A DNA stretch of 43,151 nucleotides from Leptospirales bacterium (GTDB lineage: Bacteria; Spirochaetota; Leptospiria; Turneriellales; JAOUFE01): NCBI GenBank assembly GCA_040326155.1, contig JBEQLE010000033.1, positions 1 to 43,151 on the forward strand, in the 5' to 3' direction. A program made the translations under genes and the position numbers. Under the pieces are notes generated by a model that was not told the DNA's origin, searched no databases, and was given only the letters and a program-made list of their open reading frames with translations. Each line of letters begins with the position of its first letter. Within the stretch, counting starts at the first letter, position 1. Positions 37,866-43,151 of the stretch are shown one piece after another.

Positions 37866-39751
37866 TACACAGGTCCGGCATTTAAAATATCGTTCGCTTC
37901 CATAGAACCGTTTTGCAATGACTCGGCTGCGTGAATTTTAAACTCATTAAAAAGCTCGGTGGCGGCAACTTCATACTCTTTGCCCATTCCATTCTCCTGC
38001 CAGAGTTTTTCAGCATTAAACGAATTATTAATCTCTTTGGAAAGACCGGGTATTTGCTTTGGTCGAACAGAGGCTAATCGATCATTCGCCTCAAAGTCAT
38101 CCGGGGAATTTTTATAATGCTCCATTAGTGCACCCGTAACAAAAGATTTAGCCAATTCAAGGGTAAACGAGACAGGAAAGCGCTTATTAAAAGAGCTACC
38201 ATAAGGGCCACCACCCTCACCCGAATTCAGAAAAATTCCATCAACAGGATTATTATCGAGAAATTTACGAAAAGCTTTCATTATAAACTCATCTTTTAAA
38301 TCGTAAAAAGGGCCACCTTCCCATTTCGAATATGTGGGAATAGGTCGATTCACACCGGCTTCTGTTCCGGGGGTTTTCGAAGTGTAACCCAGATTAAGAT
38401 AATAAATAATCTGTTCTTTATTAAGAATATTAACGGGGTCCAAAATACCATTCACATCGCGAGAAAGTATAATAATTCTTTTTGGCATGGGGTATTTACC
38501 GCCTTGAATTGCGCCTTCCAGGGAAGTCAAGGGAATACTGACCCGCCCGTTATTTGTAGGGTCCGCAGCAAACACAACATGCCCAGAAGGACTCACTACA
38601 ATATTTTCATAAAGTGCAATATCATCATCTGGCATATTCTCCAGCGCGTTCAAAACTTTTTTTTCAGAAAGCAATCCGCCGGTCTTATAATAGTTACCAT
38701 TCTCAAGATTAAAAGTCTCTTTCGTATCGAGGTTCAAGGCGGTCTCATCGTCACTGAGCATATGCCCCCCTTCGACTCCAGAACTCACAGTAGATTTACC
38801 TGTTCCCGAAAGACCGAAAATCAGGGTAACGTCTTTAGAATCATCGTTATATACAGAAGAACAGTGCAGGCTCAGGTGACCTTTCAAAGGATAAATATGG
38901 TTAGCCACAGCAAACATTCCTTTTTTAATTTCACCGTTGTAACCGGTTCCGCCAATAATAATAATCCGTCGCTTGTAATTTGTAAATTTAAAAACTCCAT
39001 CAATAAAACGCTCTTCCCGGGGATGGCGAAAAGAAGGAGAATATAAAATAGTCCAGGGCTCTTGCGTCTCACCATCGGTTCCGGCGTCTTCGCGAAACAT
39101 ATTCATCGAAAAAGCGGCCTTCATGGGACGATCGGTTATAAGACGTACGGGAATAGCCAACTCACCCTGGCCGACAAAACGAGAAGTTTCGTAACAAACC
39201 CGAGAGCTTAAAAACTCCGTCATCATTTCAAAAACCTGTAAAAATTCCGTTTCACTAATCGAACCGCGAGTGTGCTTAAAATCTTCCACGTCACGAATTT
39301 CCTCCGTTTTTACAGGAAACGTTCCATTAGGGCTTCTACCGTGACGAGCCTCCGTTTTAAGAACGGCAAAACCACCCTTAACAGAAACAAGAGAACCCGA
39401 AGGCAGGGCTTTACGAATTTGATTAAAAACTTTTTTCTGAAACGCGGGCTGGCGGTATTGAGGGTACTTCTGATAAAATTCATCCAGACTATTCTCATAC
39501 TCAACAGAAGGCAGAAATTGTTTACTATCTATAATTTCAATAAATCTGGCGACTACAGGATTCCCATCAAAATAATCTTTCAGCAATCTATCATTCGGAG
39601 CAGCCTGCTCTTTCATAATTTGCTTCAAATCTTTCATCTGTAGATTTTTACGAATGCCAATGGCGCGGTCTAAACTCTTAAGCTTTATCTCAAAATCAGT
39701 CATGTATTCCCCCAAACCAGGACTCAAGATCCTGTTTCCTAACCATCCCAT
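37865..39751 (-). CDS. pckA: Phosphoenolpyruvate carboxykinase (ATP), divergent
   Basis: GTGYNGEIKKGMF, LHCS, FGLSGTGKST, SDDE, TNNGR, GYTSK. Confidence 0.9.
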   Translation of the reverse strand: MGWLGNRILSPGLGEYMTDFEIKLKSLDRAIGIRKNLQMKDLKQIMKEQAAPNDRLLKDYFDGNPVVARFIEIIDSKQFLPSVEYENSLDEFYQKYPQYRQPAFQKKVFNQIRKALPSGSLVSVKGGFAVLKTEARHGRSPNGTFPVKTEEIRDVEDFKHTRGSISETEFLQVFEMMTEFLSSRVCYETSRFVGQGELAIPVRLITDRPMKAAFSMNMFREDAGTDGETQEPWTILYSPSFRHPREERFIDGVFKFTNYKRRIIIIGGTGYNGEIKKGMFAVANHIYPLKGHLSLHCSSVYNDDSKDVTLIFGLSGTGKSTVSSGVEGGHMLSDDETALNLDTKETFNLENGNYYKTGGLLSEKKVLNALENMPDDDIALYENIVVSPSGHVVFAADPTNNGRVSIPLTSLEGAIQGGKYPMPKRIIILSRDVNGILDPVNILNKEQIIYYLNLGYTSKTPGTEAGVNRPIPTYSKWEGGPFYDLKDEFIMKAFRKFLDNNPVDGIFLNSGEGGGPYGSSFNKRFPVSFTLELAKSFVTGALMEHYKNSPDDFEANDRLASVRPKQIPGLSKEINNSFNAEKLWQENGMGKEYEVAATELFNEFKIHAAESLQNGSMEANDILNAGPV

Positions 39752-39786
39752 GGAACTCTACGAGATTAGGTGTCAACCAATATATT

Positions 39787-40047
39787 GGAGGGGTCAAGTT
39801 TCCCCCTCGCTATGGCTTTTTGTCGGTGTCGCATATATGCGACACCGACAAAAAGAGCCTCCGCTACCCCCAACGTTACTTTACTTTTCCGGCTGACCGC
39901 CGGGGAGGTTGTCACTTTTCTTTTGCCGTCAAAAGAAAAGTAACCAAAAGAAAAACGTCCCATCCCGCCGCCGTCCTGGCGGGGGGATGGGAGTAGCGAG
40001 CCTCCCGGTATCGGTTCAAATGGTATAGGTTTGTGGCTGCGCGTTTT
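39787..40047. repeat. Modular palindromic element, copy C
   Basis: Contains a perfect 40-bp palindrome (39816-39855) followed by the hairpins shared with copies A and B. Confidence 0.93.
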
Positions 40048-40108
40048 GCTGTGATGGGTGTGGTGGGGTGTGTAATTGGTCGCATGAGTGTAGTTATGCA
40101 AAATAATT

Positions 40109-42052
40109 TTATATGAATTTCTTTAAAAGTTCGCCCAAGAATTGACCATATGTAATAAACAACTCATCCAGTTTAAATGTTTTGTTTTCATCAATATACT
40201 TCCTCAGCTCGATTGGTATTTTATTTTTATACCCTTCCAGTAGATTTCTATTCTGTGGATAGTTTTTTTTGCAGAATATTGTCCAATTATTGATAACACC
40301 TGATGTTTCATCTGTTATTTGAAATTCTGTTTCAGTTTCTTTTTCAATTTCTTGGAGTCTAATATTGAAAAATTGACACATGAATTCTCTTGGCAATAAA
40401 TCCTCCAATGACGTGTTCTTTATTTTTTGTATGCTATCAACGTAGTCAGAGTAATATGTGAACTCACTATTATTAGTAACATAATCTTTGTCATATAAAA
40501 TCTTTTGTGAGTGTCCGCCACCGTCATTATCGGTTACGATCTGGAAATATCGATTATTGCCTGTTATCATTGTGTTTAGTGTGGTACACACTTTACTGAC
40601 ACTCGAACTCCAAGTAATTCCTATATTATCAATTAATTGAATGTTTTCTTGGCCTATACTTAATTTTTCCGTAAGTATTTTAAATACTTCTTTATCGGTC
40701 CAACCCTCAAATAATATATTTTTCTTTTTCAAAACATCAAATATGGAATGTCCTAAAGCATTGTATAATACTTCTTCTTCTGCAAAATTTTGATACGTAG
40801 TTTTAGTAATCTCTGTATTTTCTCCATTTTTATCTACAATTATATGGCGTTCAATGTTTTCTTTATCAATACAAAAAATCGAATGCGTCGCTATAAAGAT
40901 ATAATTGTTATTACTGAGCTTGAGCATCTCTTGTAATAGGTGACCGACAGCAGATGGGTGCAAACTTATATCAGGTTCATCTAATATTATAATATTATTT
41001 TTATTTTTTCTATTAGGAATACCTACTAATAGTAAAAAAGCAATAAAACGTTTATATCCTTCACTTCTAAATTTTAAGTTGATCGGGTTATGGGTATCCT
41101 GCACGCTTATATGTAACTTCCCGGCTACTTCACCAATGTAAAGATTTATATGTCGATACTCTGGCCATACTTCGTGTAAATACTCAGTAGCTTTTGTATA
41201 TAAGTGCTTTAATAATCTTTCGAATTTTTCGCCGGAAGTAAGTGCATTATCTATAGTTTCCTCAATATTATAAATATCAACTAAATGGAAAATGTTTTTA
41301 AGTGGTACTGAAATATTGGGATTTTTTTTAAAAGATTCGATGTTAATTTCTTCACTAAGTATTGAGCTCTCATTATATCTCCATTCTATAATTTCCGGTA
41401 AATTTTTTCGAACATATTCTGCTGCTTCATTACGTAGTAAATTATCGATATCCTTAATCTCAATATCTTTCAAAAATATTTGCAAATTTTTCCATTCTAC
41501 CAATTCTTCATTCGCTGCAAATATCTTTGTTTTTTCTTTATAAGCATGGCCAATCCCAGGTAAACTCATTCCTTTTTCTTCAGGGAATTTATCGGTAGGT
41601 ACAAAATAACCACTTCTCAAAATTAGCGATTCTGTATTAGTATTCATATTCACTGAATAATATTTGCCACCTTTCTCTAAAATTATATTGTAATCTATAC
41701 TACTCAGAATACTATCATAAAATTTCTGTAAACCGTCTTCATTCATTGCAATAGGCCATTTTTGAATATTATCCCCTAGAACTCTGTTGACAATACTTGT
41801 TTTATCATCTGAATCAAGTATAAAAGTATAGGTGATTATTGGATTCTCCTGTTCAAGCCGACCATCAATGGGTAGTTTTGCATCTGCATCGTAATCAAAG
41901 TTAAAATTACCATTCATACTTGTAATAGCTTTTAGAATGCTTGTTTTGCCTGTCTCATTAAAACCAATGAGTATTTTACACTTATGATCTATATCAATTT
42001 CTACCTTTTCTATTGACCGATAATTTTTAATTACTACTTTATTTAGTTCCAT
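40109..42052 (-). CDS. OLD-family ATP-dependent nuclease (ABC ATPase + TOPRIM)
   Basis: IKNYRSI, GFNETGKTS, RSEGYKR, LDEPDISLHP, ATHS, FEGWTD, TDND. Confidence 0.9.
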   Translation of the reverse strand: MELNKVVIKNYRSIEKVEIDIDHKCKILIGFNETGKTSILKAITSMNGNFNFDYDADAKLPIDGRLEQENPIITYTFILDSDDKTSIVNRVLGDNIQKWPIAMNEDGLQKFYDSILSSIDYNIILEKGGKYYSVNMNTNTESLILRSGYFVPTDKFPEEKGMSLPGIGHAYKEKTKIFAANEELVEWKNLQIFLKDIEIKDIDNLLRNEAAEYVRKNLPEIIEWRYNESSILSEEINIESFKKNPNISVPLKNIFHLVDIYNIEETIDNALTSGEKFERLLKHLYTKATEYLHEVWPEYRHINLYIGEVAGKLHISVQDTHNPINLKFRSEGYKRFIAFLLLVGIPNRKNKNNIIILDEPDISLHPSAVGHLLQEMLKLSNNNYIFIATHSIFCIDKENIERHIIVDKNGENTEITKTTYQNFAEEEVLYNALGHSIFDVLKKKNILFEGWTDKEVFKILTEKLSIGQENIQLIDNIGITWSSSVSKVCTTLNTMITGNNRYFQIVTDNDGGGHSQKILYDKDYVTNNSEFTYYSDYVDSIQKIKNTSLEDLLPREFMCQFFNIRLQEIEKETETEFQITDETSGVINNWTIFCKKNYPQNRNLLEGYKNKIPIELRKYIDENKTFKLDELFITYGQFLGELLKKFI

Positions 42053-42081
42053 ATATTATTCCATACCTATAAAATGACTTC

Positions 42082-42349
42082 GCATAACAAATTTTGATCT
42101 GCTCAGGCGCGACTGCGCGCGCCTTCGGGTCTCACAATTATATTTTACATCTGTTGTATGTACAGTAAAGACTATTTATCTTCTGAAGCATTATTGTAAT
42201 TGTTCGACCACATTTTGGGGCTACTTTCGTTTAACCGCCAAGCTCGCACGAAACTCTTTGGCAAATAGCCAAAGCCTACGGGAGGTTAGTTTGGTGCTCG
42301 CTTGGCTGACTTCGGAAGTCTCAAAACGTCAGATAAAATTGAAACGTTA
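42082..42349 (+). other. Long attC-like recombination site
   Basis: Arms GCATAAC-AAATTTTGATCTG and CAGATAAAATT-GAAAC-GTTA pair with one extrahelical base. Confidence 0.75.
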
Positions 42350-43151
42350 GTGCGCCAAGAAAGCTTGGCGTTTCTGGCCGGGTGAAAGTCCCGGTGAGTT
42401 AAGGACTAGCTGTCCACCTCTACCGAGTGTTGCGTCGAAACTGGTAACAGTAAGACGAAGCGTACACAGGGAAATTTGTTGGCCACAGGGGTGAGCGCCA
42501 CCCTGAAGAATATTCAGCCTCGAAAACGATATTAGGCGCGGATGGCGACGTATTTAACGTTACGGAAGCCAACACAAAAGAACCGTTATTGGCAAGGTTC
42601 TTAAGGTCCGTCGGGGTCAGAGAACGTGGCAAGCAAATAGAGAAACGTCGAGAACTTGGGAGACTCTGTAAGTTCCCGCTTTGACGGGTAGGTCCATCCA
42701 ATCGAAAAAAGAGGACGACCAAAAGTTTACAGGGAGTCGGATCAGCTCATAGTACTCTGAGGTCGGGAAAGCCGACTACATGGGAAAGGGGCTGACGGCG
42801 ATACGTAGTTTGCAAAGGAAACATTTACTGGATATGTAAAGCTGGATTAACAATGCTAACCTCACTGCAAGCAATAACAAACAAATCAAGAAGGGACAAG
42901 AAACACCGATTTCAAAATCTCGCTCGGAGTCTGAATGAAGATTTTCTTTTGGATTCTTGGCGGGGAATGAACCGAAAGGCGGCTACCGGGACTGACAAAG
43001 TAACGGTTCAGGAGTATGAAAAGAACCTGAAACGTAATGTTAAAAACCTGGTAACCTCCTGTAAGGAAAATCGATATCGGGCAAAACTGGTAAAACGGGT
43101 ATTTATACCCAAAACAGGTAGCGGGCAACGCCCATTGGGCATGCCCGCTAC
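42350..43151 (+). mobile_element. Group II intron, 5' part (truncated by window end)
   Basis: 5' GTGCG; CCGGGTGAAAGTCCCGG; GAAGCGTACACAG; EBS1 hairpin 42549-42564; DII/DIII GAGTCGGATCAGCTCATAGTAC...GGGAAAGGGGCTGA; RT ORF follows. Confidence 0.95.
42853..43151 (+). CDS. ltrA: Group II intron reverse transcriptase/maturase (partial)
   Basis: Manual translation MLTSLQAITNKSRRDKKHRFQNL...AATGTDKVT...YRAKLVKRVFIPKTGSGQRPLGMPA (RT0-RT2 start). Confidence 0.95.
   Translation, partial: MLTSLQAITNKSRRDKKHRFQNLARSLNEDFLLDSWRGMNRKAATGTDKVTVQEYEKNLKRNVKNLVTSCKENRYRAKLVKRVFIPKTGSGQRPLGMPA

Larger units (their letters stand above)
40093..42349 (+). mobile_element. Integron-type gene cassette with inverted ORF
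   Basis: Begins GTTATGC (40093-40099); ORF is followed by the complementary GCATAAC (42082-42088), then an attC-like imperfect palindrome ending CGTTA. Confidence 0.75.

Noticed and set aside
38504..39046. 180-aa plus-strand ORF and similar shadow ORFs within long genes
   Set aside because: Antisense or off-frame overlaps of well-supported CDSs with no recognisable motifs.
258..39751. Co-occurrence of ppc and pckA as a special pathway
   Set aside because: Common in bacteria, and the genes are 35 kb apart.
42420..43128. Minus-strand ORFs 42420-42722 and 42886-43128
   Set aside because: Antisense to the intron RNA and its RT gene.

Overview
AT-rich bacterial chromosomal segment. The gene content (7TM-DISM/SpoIIE phosphatase, SH3 and ankyrin secreted proteins, GCATAAC/GTTATGC-type attC sites) suggests a Leptospirales-like spirochaete, which is inference only. 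Intact genes include ppc, a divergent pckA, msrB, a DUF4212 + sodium:solute symporter pair, a PS-decarboxylase-family enzyme, creD, an SDR and a NUDIX hydrolase. Between them lie many deletion-shattered relics of toxin-antitoxin, R-M and mobile genes (HicB, HsdM, PIN, MNT/HEPN, VapC, RhuM, ORF6N, rve integrase) and at least three families of palindromic repeats. Best signals: (1) an integron-type cassette carrying an inverted OLD-family nuclease, whose unusually long (~270 bp) attC is interrupted in its R' core, on the top strand, by a non-IIC-looking group II intron with an EBS1 exactly complementary to that core; decayed attC sites of the same family lie at 22.2-25.7 kb; (2) a 128-aa protein resembling a single-domain sulfur oxygenase reductase next to a c-type haem lipoprotein; (3) a phd-vapC module inserted into an rhuM relic between 9-bp direct repeats; (4) a modular REP-like element with covarying hairpins. 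Family assignments come from motif recognition by eye; no searches were run.
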